Assembly (NCBI GenBank): GCA_963837955.1
Contig: CAWIPH010000002.1
Span: 2,240,001 to 2,304,000, forward strand
DNA: 64,000 bases
Origin: an uncultured Verrucomicrobiae bacterium
Lineage (GTDB): Bacteria; Verrucomicrobiota; Verrucomicrobiia; Chthoniobacterales; JAFAMB01
Direction: 5' to 3'
In this document: piece after piece, positions 19,200-29,158 of the stretch
Layout of the letters: each line of letters starts with the position of its first letter
Position numbering within the stretch: the stretch's first letter is position 1
The notes under the pieces: model-generated
What the model saw: the letters and a program-made list of their open reading frames with translations, nothing else
Database searches by the model: none
Told to the model about the DNA's origin: nothing
Program-made: the position numbers and the translations under genes

Positions 19200-20681
19200 A
19201 TGAATCCCAAAAAAGTATTTCTTCCGCCATTGGCAGCACTAACGGCGGCCGCGTTCATTGCAGGCGGCGCGCTGGCTATCGGTGCGACCGGTCAGAATGA
19301 CAGCGGATCGAAAGCGAATCTCGAGCTGAAGCTCGACAATTCGCCGTTGAACCGAGACGTGAAGCTCGGAAACTCTTTCGCTCCGATCGTCAAATCCGTC
19401 ACCCCGAGTGTGGTGAAAGTATTTGTCACGACCGCGCAACGCCAGCTGTCTGGCGCCGACATCGAGCAATTCCGAAAGTATTTCGGACCGATGTTTCCAG
19501 ATTTCGATCAACAGCAAACCCCTAGCCAGCACGCTTTGGGTTCTGGTGTCGTGATCTCACAAAATGGTTACATCTTGACCAACAATCACGTTATTGAGAA
19601 CGCCAAAGAAATTTCGGTGGCGCTCAATGATGGCCGGAGCTTCACGGCAAAATTGGTCGGCACGGACGCCCAGACCGATGTCGCGCTCCTAAAGATTGAT
19701 GCTGACACTCTGCCTGCCTTGACGCTGGCGGACAGTGACGCAGTGGAAATCGGCGACGTGGTGCTCGCAATCGGCAATCCATTCGGCATCGGACAAACGG
19801 TGACCGAAGGAATCGTCAGCGCGAAGGATCGGATGACGGAAGGCGATAAGGATGAAGACTTCATTCAAACCGATGCGGCGATTAACCCGGGCAACTCCGG
19901 CGGCGCGCTAGTCGACACGCAGGGGCGTTTGGTCGGAATCAATACGTCTATTCTCTCGCGGACCGGCGGTAACCAAGGGATTGGTTTTGCGGTTCCATCC
20001 AACCTGTGCCGCTGGGTTGTGGATAGTTTGGTGAAAAACGGCAAGGTCTCTCGTGGGTTCTTGGGCGTTTCAATTCAAGATGTCACGCCGGATCTGGCCA
20101 AGGCGCTCAAAGTCAACCGCTCGGTCGGTGCTCTCATCTCGGAAGTCAGCCCGAATGGTCCGGCCGATGCCGCAGGACTTAAGAACGGTGACGTCGTTTT
20201 GCAATACGACAACAAGCCGGTGGAGAACTCGATGCAGCTTAAGCTGAGAGTCGCCGAAACAAGTCCAGGAACCAGCGTTCCAGTGGAAGTTGATCGGAAC
20301 GGCGAAACCAAGACCATGAATGTCGTGGTGAAGGAACGCTCGGGCGTATCTGTCGCTAAAAACGACTCTCCCAAAAACACGGATCAAGGTTCACTCAACG
20401 GAGTGACGGTGGGCGAACTGAATCAAGAGTTGCGAACGGAGTTGAAAGTTCCGGGCTCGGTTCAAGGTGCGGTGATCGAGGAGGTTGATCCAACTTCTTC
20501 CTCCTCGGAAGCAGGGCTTAAGGTGGGTGACGTGATCACAGAAATTAATCATCGTCCGATTAAGAACGCTCAGGAAGCAGTCGATGCGACCTCGGGCAAG
20601 GCGAGCGGTGAAACCTTGGTGAAGGTATACCGAAACGGTGCAAGCCACTACGTGGCCGTGCACGAAGGTGATTCTCAGTAG
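19200..20681 (+). CDS. degP: HtrA/DegP-family serine protease with two PDZ domains
   Basis: GSGV, TNNHVI, TDVA, QTDAAINPGNSGG, two PDZ repeats. Confidence 0.92.
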   Translation: MNPKKVFLPPLAALTAAAFIAGGALAIGATGQNDSGSKANLELKLDNSPLNRDVKLGNSFAPIVKSVTPSVVKVFVTTAQRQLSGADIEQFRKYFGPMFPDFDQQQTPSQHALGSGVVISQNGYILTNNHVIENAKEISVALNDGRSFTAKLVGTDAQTDVALLKIDADTLPALTLADSDAVEIGDVVLAIGNPFGIGQTVTEGIVSAKDRMTEGDKDEDFIQTDAAINPGNSGGALVDTQGRLVGINTSILSRTGGNQGIGFAVPSNLCRWVVDSLVKNGKVSRGFLGVSIQDVTPDLAKALKVNRSVGALISEVSPNGPADAAGLKNGDVVLQYDNKPVENSMQLKLRVAETSPGTSVPVEVDRNGETKTMNVVVKERSGVSVAKNDSPKNTDQGSLNGVTVGELNQELRTELKVPGSVQGAVIEEVDPTSSSSEAGLKVGDVITEINHRPIKNAQEAVDATSGKASGETLVKVYRNGASHYVAVHEGDSQ

Positions 20682-20879
20682 GGCTGGTTGGTCCGCAGTA
20701 GTCGGCAACCCGCACAGTGTCAACTGTGCGGGTTTGCCGTCGAAAAAGGAGCCGGAAAAATCGAAATATATCCCGTCTTCAGGTCAGGCCCCATGTCCGA
20801 AAATCACTCTGATCCCTCTGCCGCGACGACAATCCCTCTTTCTGAGGCGCAAGATCTCTGCCATGATGAGGCTGAGTCT

Positions 20880-21554
20880 ATGCGCGCTCTCGTGGTTGAG
20901 GACGATGAGAAGATCGCCTCTTTTGTCAGCAAAGGATTAAAGCAAAACGGGTTCGCCGTAGATTGTGCACCTGACGGAGAACGGGGTTTGGATTTGGCAA
21001 GCACCATTGCCTACGACGTCGCGATCCTCGATCTGATGCTGCCGAAGCTGGACGGGCTTTCGCTGCTCCGTCGGTTGCGCCAGCAAAAAGTGCAGATACC
21101 AGTATTGATCCTCAGCGCGCGAGCGAACGTCGATGACCGCGTCGTCGGCCTGCAATCCGGAGGCGACGACTACGTGACGAAGCCGTTTGCGTTCTCGGAA
21201 TTATTGGCGCGGGTCCAAGCGCTCATTCGCCGGGCGAGCCAGTCTCAGGAACCGACCCACTTAGGCGTTGCCGATCTGTCGATGAATTTGCTGACCAGAG
21301 AGGTAGGCCGAGACGGCAAGACGATCGAATTACATCCTCGCGAGTTTTCCCTGCTTGAGTTCCTGCTTCGCCATGTGGGACGGCCTGTAACCAAGACGAT
21401 GATTTTGGAACATATCTGGGATTTTCACTTCGATCCCCAGACCAATGTGGTCGATGTGCTCATTCATCGGCTTCGGGCCAAGGTCGACAAGGGCTTTTCG
21501 ATCAAGCTCATCCACACCATTCGAGGAGTGGGATATGTTATTAAAGCGGGTTGA
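20880..21554 (+). CDS. OmpR-family response regulator
   Basis: [20 protein letters not shown], winged helix TIRGVGY. Confidence 0.93.
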   Translation: MRALVVEDDEKIASFVSKGLKQNGFAVDCAPDGERGLDLASTIAYDVAILDLMLPKLDGLSLLRRLRQQKVQIPVLILSARANVDDRVVGLQSGGDDYVTKPFAFSELLARVQALIRRASQSQEPTHLGVADLSMNLLTREVGRDGKTIELHPREFSLLEFLLRHVGRPVTKTMILEHIWDFHFDPQTNVVDVLIHRLRAKVDKGFSIKLIHTIRGVGYVIKAG

Positions 21555-22965
21555 GCGGCTCTGGCACAGCTTCACGTTTCGACTCAGTCTTTGGTACGCG
21601 GCAACCTTCACGTTTAGCGCAATCGTCCTCTTTGCGCTGCTTTACTTTCTCCTGACTTCGTTCTTCGAGCGGAGTGAGCGGGAAATCATTCAAGAGCGAC
21701 TCAAAGAGTGCGGCGCCGTTTATGAGAGCGGAGGGTTAGGAGCGCTCCGCGATTTGGTGAGCCAACAAAAGTTCACGGAAAACGAAGGTCCGTTCTTTAT
21801 CGAAGTAACTGGTGCCAGGGGTAACGTCGAATACCTGGTCGCACCAGCGGATTGGGTCGATTTTAACAGCCTGAATTCGATGTTCGGTGGGTCGAATTCG
21901 GCATGGCTTCGCATTCCCAAAGACAAGCGCAGTGATTTCATGATCGAGTCCGCGCAACTCTCAGATGGCGCGACCTTGCGAGTAGGGCGAAGCACCAATC
22001 GCCCGGAAACATTGCTTGGGCCGTTCTTTACTGCTTTTTTGGTAGTGATCGTGCCAACGCTGATTCTGGCGATTGCGGGAGGCGCGGTGTTCGCCTATCG
22101 CGCGACCGCTCCGGTCCGGCAAATGTTGAAGACTGCGCGTTCAATTATCAGCACCGGAAATCTGGGTGAGCGCGTCCCGGTAAGTCAGGCTCAAAGTGAG
22201 TTGGCCGAGTTGGCCCGCCAATTCAATCAGGTGTTGGACAAAAATCAGACGTTAATTCGCGGAATGAGGGAGGCGCTCGATAACGTCGCGCATGATCTGC
22301 GGTCGCCGCTCTCCCGACTTCGCGGCACAGCCGAGCTCGCTTTGCAGGCCGATACTCCGGAAGCGGCGCGGGAAGCCTTAGCCGACTCAGTCGAGGAGTC
22401 TGATCGTGTGCTGACTATGCTCAATACACTGATGGACGTCACCGAGGCTGAGAACGGAATGATGCGGTTGCACCGAACGCACTGTTCCGTCAACGATTTA
22501 TTGGAGGAAGTTCTCGAGATCTATCGGGTGATAGCGGAGGAGAGAGCAATCGAGATAAAAATCAATTTCGGCGATAAATGCTATGCCGATATTGATCCGA
22601 ACCGAATGCGGCAAGCTTTTGCGAACCTGATCGACAACGCGGTTAAGTACACTGAACCTGGAGGAAGCGTCGAGGTTGGTTGCCGCCGGATTGCTGAGGG
22701 TGTGGAGGTCACGATTCGGGACAATGGAATTGGCATTCCGCCGGACGAACAAAACCGAATTTGGGATCGTCTGTATCGCGGTGATAAAAGCCGATCACAG
22801 CGGGGGCTGGGCCTGGGCCTAAGTCTGGTGAAAGCGGTGGTCGAGGCTCACGCCGGCATCATTACCGTCCGGAGTGAGATCGGCAAAGGCTCGGAGTTCA
22901 TTGTCCTGTTGGCCGCTGCTCACGGCACGCCAAAACCGATCCTGCAACCGGTTGCGACGGCGTAG
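21535..22965 (+). CDS. HAMP sensor histidine kinase
   Basis: Two TM helices, [29 protein letters not shown]. Confidence 0.93.
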   Translation: MLLKRVERLWHSFTFRLSLWYAATFTFSAIVLFALLYFLLTSFFERSEREIIQERLKECGAVYESGGLGALRDLVSQQKFTENEGPFFIEVTGARGNVEYLVAPADWVDFNSLNSMFGGSNSAWLRIPKDKRSDFMIESAQLSDGATLRVGRSTNRPETLLGPFFTAFLVVIVPTLILAIAGGAVFAYRATAPVRQMLKTARSIISTGNLGERVPVSQAQSELAELARQFNQVLDKNQTLIRGMREALDNVAHDLRSPLSRLRGTAELALQADTPEAAREALADSVEESDRVLTMLNTLMDVTEAENGMMRLHRTHCSVNDLLEEVLEIYRVIAEERAIEIKINFGDKCYADIDPNRMRQAFANLIDNAVKYTEPGGSVEVGCRRIAEGVEVTIRDNGIGIPPDEQNRIWDRLYRGDKSRSQRGLGLGLSLVKAVVEAHAGIITVRSEIGKGSEFIVLLAAAHGTPKPILQPVATA

Positions 22966-22966
22966 C

Positions 22967-23210
22967 GTAGCCTGATCCTCCTGGCTCAGGAACCGAGGGC
23001 TACTGCAACTGTGAGAGGTGATTGGTGATTGGTGGGCGATGGCGATCTCTGCCGTGGATTTGTCTCACCGCCTTGTAACTTCTCACTAGTCACTGGCACA
23101 CTCCCTGAGGCTGGAGCATCAGGCTACTTTCCTCGGCAGAAATCTCTCGCCGCCTTTTTCACCAATCACCAATCACCAATAAGCTCCCTGAGGCTGGAGC
23201 ATCAGGCTAC
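22967..23210. repeat. REP element GTAGCCTGATCCTCC...GAGGCTGGAGCATCAGGCTAC with heptamer (CACCAAT-like) repeats
   Basis: Homologous to 31987-32170, partial at ~7950-8085; right end duplicated at ~23102-23127 and ~23185-23210. Confidence 0.8.
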
Positions 23211-23666
23211 GGTATGCGGTTCAACTGTGATCGGAAAGTTTACTGAGTTCGCGATGAAACAGAACTTGTGTGCCTTCTCGTGCAAGTGCTCCGCCAATTT
23301 GATCTTGTCGGCCGATGTGAGGGTCACGTGCGGACGAAGGACGGCCTTGGTGAATCGGCCGTTACCATCAGCGGCTACTTCCATGGTCGCTTCGGCGTCG
23401 TCCTGATAGCTGACAACAATTATTTGGCTGTCGGAACAAAAGTGAAGGTACCAAAGCAAATGACAGCCGGAGATGGCCGCTAGCAGCTCCTCTTCAGGAT
23501 TGTAGCGCGTCGGGTCGCCGCGATAGTGCGGATCGGACGAAGCGAGCAGCGGCGGCTTGCCAGCGATGCTGATTTCGTGATCGCGCCCATAGGCTTTATA
23601 GCCGGAGGTGCCGGAGCCTAGGTTGCCGGTCCACCGGTTCGTGAGGCGGTAGGTATGACTTGGCAT
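23202..23666 (-). CDS. OsmC/Ohr-family peroxiredoxin
   Basis: NPEEELLAAISGCH, CFIANSV. Confidence 0.9.
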   Translation of the reverse strand: MPSHTYRLTNRWTGNLGSGTSGYKAYGRDHEISIAGKPPLLASSDPHYRGDPTRYNPEEELLAAISGCHLLWYLHFCSDSQIIVVSYQDDAEATMEVAADGNGRFTKAVLRPHVTLTSADKIKLAEHLHEKAHKFCFIANSVNFPITVEPHTVA

Positions 23667-23774
23667 GCCTCAATCTACATCCTCCGATAGGCATGTCACT
23701 TGGCGTTGACGACCAATAGAAAGCGGATGGTCAAATATCTCTGATGGGGAGTGCTACCCGTGATCCGAAACAGC

Positions 23775-24845
23775 TCACCAAAGGCTCAGTTGATATTCCG
23801 GTTGGGGGATTTCGCCTACCTGCAAGGGCTGCGACTCAATCCGATCGTCAGGTGGCAGTGATTCAATGAGGTGGGGTAATCCGGCCAGGACATCAGTCAC
23901 GTCAGACCGATGACCGATCTCCTTGGCTAACGGAGTGGCGGCGGGGTGGTCAACTGGCAGGCAGACCAGGGAATCGCTGATCGAAACATTTTGATTCCGG
24001 AGTTCGACGATATCGGTATCAAATCCTTTCAGTAATCCCATCGGCGCTATGGGCATGGGGAGACAGACGACGGGCATGGTTAGTGTCCTGGCTACATGCT
24101 TGACGGCTTCGCGAACTGACTCCGTGCAGAGGAGTACTTCCCAACGTTGGTTTAGCCGAGTTAGGGCCGCTGCATTCAAATCGATCAAGGTCAGCGTAGC
24201 CCGAAAATGGAACTCAATATTGCGATTTGAGCAGAGCCACAACAGCGCTCCTAACGTTCGCGAGCAAACCGGGTCGGCCCACCAGTATGAGTTATCCCAG
24301 ATCCTTCGACAAACGTTTGGAACTGCGGGACCGGTGCGATCGGCTTTGGCTAGTAAGCGCTCAAAGAGCGCCGGAGCATCCTGTCCGGATATTGCCGGAG
24401 TAAAAGAAGTCTGTGCTTTTTCGTCCCGAACAAAAGCGGCTAGCGAACGATATCGATCTTTAGAGTCCCATTCCACCGCACCTCGAAGCTGGTCCACGGA
24501 TACTTCAACTAGTTCGTCCGTCTTAGTTTCGACGATCAGCTGCCGGAGGTCAGTGAGCAGATCTTCCACCTTGCTGCGAAATTCGCGCGACGGAATTCCC
24601 ACTGAAGCCGATTTTGGATTTATGGCATTCGCGGCAGTTACAACTACTCCGAAAAAGTGATCCGAAATCAGCTGAGTAGATAGTCGCCGTAAAGCTATCC
24701 GGCTGACAAAGGTTTCATCCGAGACCGGAGAAACTTGTCGAAAGCGTTGCGCAGCGAGTGAACGATCGTCTTTTTCGAGAATGTCCCCTCGCGCGTCAAA
24801 GTTGTCCTGTGATTCACGTGGAAAAACGGCGGCGCTTTTGACCAT
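23775..24845 (-). CDS. Hypothetical cytoplasmic protein ending in QLSLW
   Basis: 356 aa ORF; TTGCCT-17-TATTAT promoter-like sequence just upstream; no family recognised. Confidence 0.7.
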   Translation of the reverse strand: MVKSAAVFPRESQDNFDARGDILEKDDRSLAAQRFRQVSPVSDETFVSRIALRRLSTQLISDHFFGVVVTAANAINPKSASVGIPSREFRSKVEDLLTDLRQLIVETKTDELVEVSVDQLRGAVEWDSKDRYRSLAAFVRDEKAQTSFTPAISGQDAPALFERLLAKADRTGPAVPNVCRRIWDNSYWWADPVCSRTLGALLWLCSNRNIEFHFRATLTLIDLNAAALTRLNQRWEVLLCTESVREAVKHVARTLTMPVVCLPMPIAPMGLLKGFDTDIVELRNQNVSISDSLVCLPVDHPAATPLAKEIGHRSDVTDVLAGLPHLIESLPPDDRIESQPLQVGEIPQPEYQLSLW

Positions 24846-24909
24846 TAGCCGGCGCGGATAATATGGGATCAGGTCGCGTTAGGCAAGGAAGAAGCAGCTG
24901 GCTACGGTA

Positions 24910-25623
24910 CTAGGTAACTCGTTCAGCACGAACCTCCTGTTTTTTTCTTCCAGTGATCACTGCCATCGGACCGTATCGCCACAAGACATCGCAATCCACG
25001 AAGCCGGCTTTTTGCAGGAGGTATAGTTCAGTTTCCAGCCCGAAATATTTGTCTTCTTTTCTCCAACTTTGGAGATGACCGAGAGCCTCTTCCTCGGTGA
25101 ATCCAGAGGGAATAAGATGCTTGGTCCAATCCATTCTCACGTTGTTGGAACCGGTGTCATCAAACATGGCGTCGGCATTCACAAAGACACCGCCCGGGAT
25201 CAGCGCGTCGCAAATCTTCCGATAGAGCGCTTGTTTGGAATCTAGGCGAACAATGTGATGGAGCGCCAGAGCCGCAAAATAGGCGTGTCGGGCGGCCGGA
25301 AGCTCGGAGGAAAAGTCCTGCAATCTCAATTCGATCCGCCCGCGGTCTGATGACAACCGCTGTGCGGCTTCCTCCAGCATTTTTTGATCGGCATCGATCC
25401 CGATCACCTGCGCCTGCGGAAGCAAATGAAGTATTCGTTCAGTCAACGACCCGGTTCCGATTCCGAGATCCACAAACTGGGCGCGCCCGCCGTTCGCTGT
25501 TGAATTGCGAATAAAACGGACCGCTTCATCCAGCATCTCGTCATACCTGGGAATGAATCTCCGGATCAGGCTGTCGTATTCTCTGACCTGCAGGTGTAAG
25601 TGGGATTCGACGGAGTGACTCAT
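24910..25623 (-). CDS. Class I SAM-dependent methyltransferase
   Basis: VDLGIGTG, GIDAD, ALHH, LIPGGVFVNAD. Confidence 0.9.
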   Translation of the reverse strand: MSHSVESHLHLQVREYDSLIRRFIPRYDEMLDEAVRFIRNSTANGGRAQFVDLGIGTGSLTERILHLLPQAQVIGIDADQKMLEEAAQRLSSDRGRIELRLQDFSSELPAARHAYFAALALHHIVRLDSKQALYRKICDALIPGGVFVNADAMFDDTGSNNVRMDWTKHLIPSGFTEEEALGHLQSWRKEDKYFGLETELYLLQKAGFVDCDVLWRYGPMAVITGRKKQEVRAERVT

Positions 25624-25696
25624 GGAAAGGGAGCTACGAGTTAGTATCTAGTATCCAGGAGAGACGCAGTCCCCGTAACCTGCAACTTGTAACATC

Positions 25697-26080
25697 TCAG
25701 AACGAGGCCGTTACCTTTTCTGAATCTCGCAACACCGATTTTTGATGAAATCTCTGTTTAAAGATTGTTCGGACTTCTTCCACCTGACGGTTCGCCGCCG
25801 CGGAGTCGGCGTAAAGAATCACTAGCACACGGGAGTCTAGCATTCGCACGGTCCCTTTTTCATCTTGCCACTGGCCATGCACATCATACCAAGTAAGGCC
25901 TTGGGGAAAGCGAGGTGTAACCACGGCCCCCAAGAATTGTTTCCAGTCGGTCAGCGCGACCGGCCCGAAATAGAGCTCGGTGCGAATCAAAGTTTGGTTT
26001 GCAGTATTGGTCGCTTCGGTATTCGAGCCAAGAGAGCACAACGTTAGAAGAACAATTAGCAGGAGATAGCGACGAACCAT
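25697..26080 (-). CDS. DUF3574-family secreted protein
   Basis: RTELYFG, VTPRFPQGLT..D..GQW, F.Q.SVLR. Confidence 0.82.
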   Translation of the reverse strand: MVRRYLLLIVLLTLCSLGSNTEATNTANQTLIRTELYFGPVALTDWKQFLGAVVTPRFPQGLTWYDVHGQWQDEKGTVRMLDSRVLVILYADSAAANRQVEEVRTIFKQRFHQKSVLRDSEKVTASF

Positions 26081-26226
26081 GGAGTTACCTTTTTCGGCAA
26101 AACCTCTGACTGCAAGCCAAACCGGTAAGGTGCTCGATTTTGCGTGAGCAAGCCCTGCGGGGGCGATTCAAGAAAGGCCTGGGAGCCTGTCGGACTTCGC
26201 TTGGTCAAATTGATGGGCAGATTTTT

Positions 26227-26670
26227 CCAGCGGCGACGCATCTGACGAAGCCTGTGGTGATAATTCGAATTGCCGGCGAAGAGATTCGCGAAGCCGGAAA
26301 CAGCGATTCAAGATTGCCTCTAGGGCGCAGCCCTAGGAACAAGAATAAAAGCGGTTCCAGCGGCGAAGCCGCGATTCAGGATAGCCTAGCCTGCAGGGCT
26401 AGGAATGGGCATATAAGAAGGACAGCGCTGAAAGCGCGGCTCAGTTTAAATCGGAGCGATGCGGCATCCCGACGACGCTCGTACAAACATTTGTACGCTC
26501 GCGGATTCGGTTTTGCCACGCGGCTTCGCCGCTGGAACCGCTTTTATTCCTGTTCCTGGGCTGCGCCCCAGCCTATCTTGAATCGAGGCTTCCGACTTCG
26601 CGAATCTCTTCGCCGGCAATTGCAAATTATCACCATATGCTTCGTCGGACGCCTCGCCGCTGTGATAGCC
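26227..26670. repeat. ~440 bp composite palindromic REP cluster
   Basis: ~26227-26372 is an inverted copy of ~26520-26662. Confidence 0.85.
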
Positions 26671-26711
26671 AAACGTTCTTTCGATCGTGCAAAGCCCGAC
26701 ACCTTGGGCGC

Positions 26712-27404
26712 CTAGGGCTTTTCGCGCAATTCGTCGAGCTGCTGGATTGTCTTTTCAAGCACAGCCTGCAGGCGCTCTTCCCGCTTTTCATCTCCAGCAG
26801 CCCATTTGGCGGCACGGAAGGTTGCCTTAACAAGAGCGGCCAGCGGACGAAAGAAAGCAAACGATTCCGGACCACTCCAGCGACCCCAGTCGCCCCAGCG
26901 TTCTGCCCTGCGCCAAATGCGTTCGATTGCCTCCTTTTCTTTTTCGATTTCCTGCAGACCTTCCTCGGTCAAGGTGTAAAGTTTTCTTCCATCCTGTTCT
27001 TCGGACCGAAGCAGCTTTTCATCCTCCAACTGTTGCAGGGTCGGGTAGACCGTACCGGCACTGGCGCGATAGAGGCCTCCGGATCGCTGCTCCAGTTCTT
27101 TGATCAATTGATAGCCATGTTTTGGTCCCTCTTTGAGTAGGGAAAGAATCGCAAGTCGTGCTTCACCGAAACCGAAGAATCGCCCGCCTCGCGGTCCGCC
27201 GGCGAATTGGGAAAATGGTCCCCAATCTTCCCAGGGACCCCAACCGCCGCGACCTTCTTCGCGGAAGTGACCCATGAAATCTCTAACGAATTTGGCAAAA
27301 CGACGCCTGCCGTAGCGCATGCGCCACTTGGCGATGTGCCGCCAATGGGGGTGATGAGGGTAGGCGAAATGGCCGCCACAGGGTTCATTCCAATCTGTTC
27401 TCAT
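26712..27404 (-). CDS. PadR-family transcriptional regulator (YqjI-like)
   Basis: RFFGFGEARLAILSLL..PKHGYQLIK..SAGTVYPTLQQLED..RKLYTLT..G. Confidence 0.9.
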   Translation of the reverse strand: MRTDWNEPCGGHFAYPHHPHWRHIAKWRMRYGRRRFAKFVRDFMGHFREEGRGGWGPWEDWGPFSQFAGGPRGGRFFGFGEARLAILSLLKEGPKHGYQLIKELEQRSGGLYRASAGTVYPTLQQLEDEKLLRSEEQDGRKLYTLTEEGLQEIEKEKEAIERIWRRAERWGDWGRWSGPESFAFFRPLAALVKATFRAAKWAAGDEKREERLQAVLEKTIQQLDELREKP

Positions 27405-27439
27405 ATATCGGACGATATATATCGGACGATATATGTCAA
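27403..27439 (-). promoter_or_regulatory. Sigma70-type promoter (TTGACA-16-TATCGT) overlapped by two ATATATCG-N2-CGATATAT palindromes
   Basis: Palindromes at 27403-27420 and 27417-27434; -35 at 27434-27439. Confidence 0.75.
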
Positions 27440-27496
27440 GAGGCACAGTAGGAACTTCCGACTACGCCAGGCCTACGTCGCGGCTAAGCTCTACAC

Positions 27497-27756
27497 TGTC
27501 CTCGGATCTCGGGCTTCCGCAGAGGAATAATCCGCAGATTTCGCAGATTGATTTACTGGAGTGTTCAAGGGGCTGTTTACGTGGCCCAACAAGCCGCCAG
27601 CAGGGTGAACTATTCATTTAGCTTTGCGCATCCCACAGAAAGAACTAAGCCTCCTTCGTCTCCAGCGGCCCTTTACTCAGAGCTTGTAAGGTCTCTAGGA
27701 GAATCTGTGTAATCTGCGGATTATTCCTCTGTGGAAGCGCCTGAGATCCGAGGACA
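27497..27756. repeat. ~55 bp inverted repeats around a ~150 bp core (MITE-like)
   Basis: TGTCCTCGGATCTC..GAGGAATAATCCGCAGATT (27497-27549) versus 27702-27756. Confidence 0.75.
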
Positions 27757-27764
27757 CGTGAAGC

Positions 27765-29027
27765 TTAGCCGCGACGTAGGTCTGGCGTAGTTGGAAGCGA
27801 GTCCCTACCCACATCGGGTAACGTGCCACTCACAAATTCTACCAACTTGCTGACCCGGGACTTCCAGCTTACTTCTCGCGCCCGAGCCAGCGCGGCCGAG
27901 GTTGCCGCCTGGTATCTTTTGGCATCATCAAGGAGCCTGATCGCTTCCTGGGCGAAGCCGCTCGGATCGCCGGCGGCGACATAGCGAGCAGCTCCGCTCG
28001 AGCCGAGGAGCCCACGCGTCGAAGGTAGATCACTGGCGATTGTCGGTAATCCATGGGCGAGATAGTCGAGTCCTTTAGCAGGGCAGGTAAGATTCCGATT
28101 GTAGTAGTCGTCCTCTAGCGGAATAAGTCCGGCACTTGCTTCCGTAGCCAAAGCTAGAGCCAGCGCTTCGGGGGACCGCACGCTGACTGTCTGCAGGCAA
28201 CGATCAGACCCGAATTTACGGGCCATTTCTTTCACCTTTTGGCCTTGGGTTTCATTGCCACCCCAGAAGGCCAGTTGGACGTTAGCGGCCGCTAACTTAG
28301 CAGTGGAACGGAGCAGCGATTGTAAGCCCTTGCTCTGGGTCAGCCGCCCCACATAGACCAGCCGACGTTGTTTTCGTCGTCGCTCTACGTCGATGTGCCC
28401 CTCGTCAGCGTTCAGTTCCGTGCCCAGCGGCAGATAAACGCAGGCCAAATGAGGGAATTGGCGGGCGTAAAGTTGGGTCTGTTCGTCGGTGATGCCAATC
28501 AGCCCATCGATGTGTGGCAGAAAAAGCCGCTCCAACCAGCTTTGCCGCAGATCGCTGGATTTGATCTTCTGGCCCTCTTCTTTTTTCCAAGAAAGATCGG
28601 CGTAATAGTCGTGTGGTTCATAGAAGGCACGCACGCGATTACCGTAGCGTCGACGCAGCCAGGCGAGGCGGGGCAGGATCGATGGCTCGCGGGTGAGGAT
28701 GATCACTGGGTCGGGCTGCTCGGCACAAAAGCGCTTCACCAACCGGGAGACTTGAGAAAAGATCCGCCGACTGGTGGTCGCTTTATATCGTCCGCGCCGA
28801 AGATCGACTAGTCCTTTCCGAGCGATACGATGGATCTGCAGGCAGGGAGTCGGGTCAAGCCGGTAAAACGTTTTCAGATCGTCATTTGTGTCGGATTCCG
28901 ATCCAGCTCCCAAGCAGAGGTGGGTTTCGAAACCGGCCTCCGCCAGATGGTAGGCGTTCCGCAACCCGATGTTGACAATCGGACCCGGGTGTCGCCAATC
29001 GCGTTTGTTCACCCAGAGAAAAATCAT
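27765..29027 (-). CDS. GT-B (family 4-like) glycosyltransferase
   Basis: YVGRL..SKGL, PAKGLDYLAHGLPTIASD. Confidence 0.85.
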   Translation of the reverse strand: MIFLWVNKRDWRHPGPIVNIGLRNAYHLAEAGFETHLCLGAGSESDTNDDLKTFYRLDPTPCLQIHRIARKGLVDLRRGRYKATTSRRIFSQVSRLVKRFCAEQPDPVIILTREPSILPRLAWLRRRYGNRVRAFYEPHDYYADLSWKKEEGQKIKSSDLRQSWLERLFLPHIDGLIGITDEQTQLYARQFPHLACVYLPLGTELNADEGHIDVERRRKQRRLVYVGRLTQSKGLQSLLRSTAKLAAANVQLAFWGGNETQGQKVKEMARKFGSDRCLQTVSVRSPEALALALATEASAGLIPLEDDYYNRNLTCPAKGLDYLAHGLPTIASDLPSTRGLLGSSGAARYVAAGDPSGFAQEAIRLLDDAKRYQAATSAALARAREVSWKSRVSKLVEFVSGTLPDVGRDSLPTTPDLRRG

Positions 29028-29158
29028 CGGCGTTCTTTGATAGATATAATCGGACGTGCCAGAGCCGATCGCTGAAATAGCGGACCCTGTCAACAGAGGT
29101 TAGGGAAGCTTGCTTTGAGAGCTGAACTGACTACCATCGGCAAAGCACGAATTCACGG

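Noticed and set aside
26140..26715. 191 aa ORF; also 6095-6745, 30519-30962, 35295-35767, 53573-54121 and 54620-55243
   Set aside because: Translations of palindromic or tandem repeats
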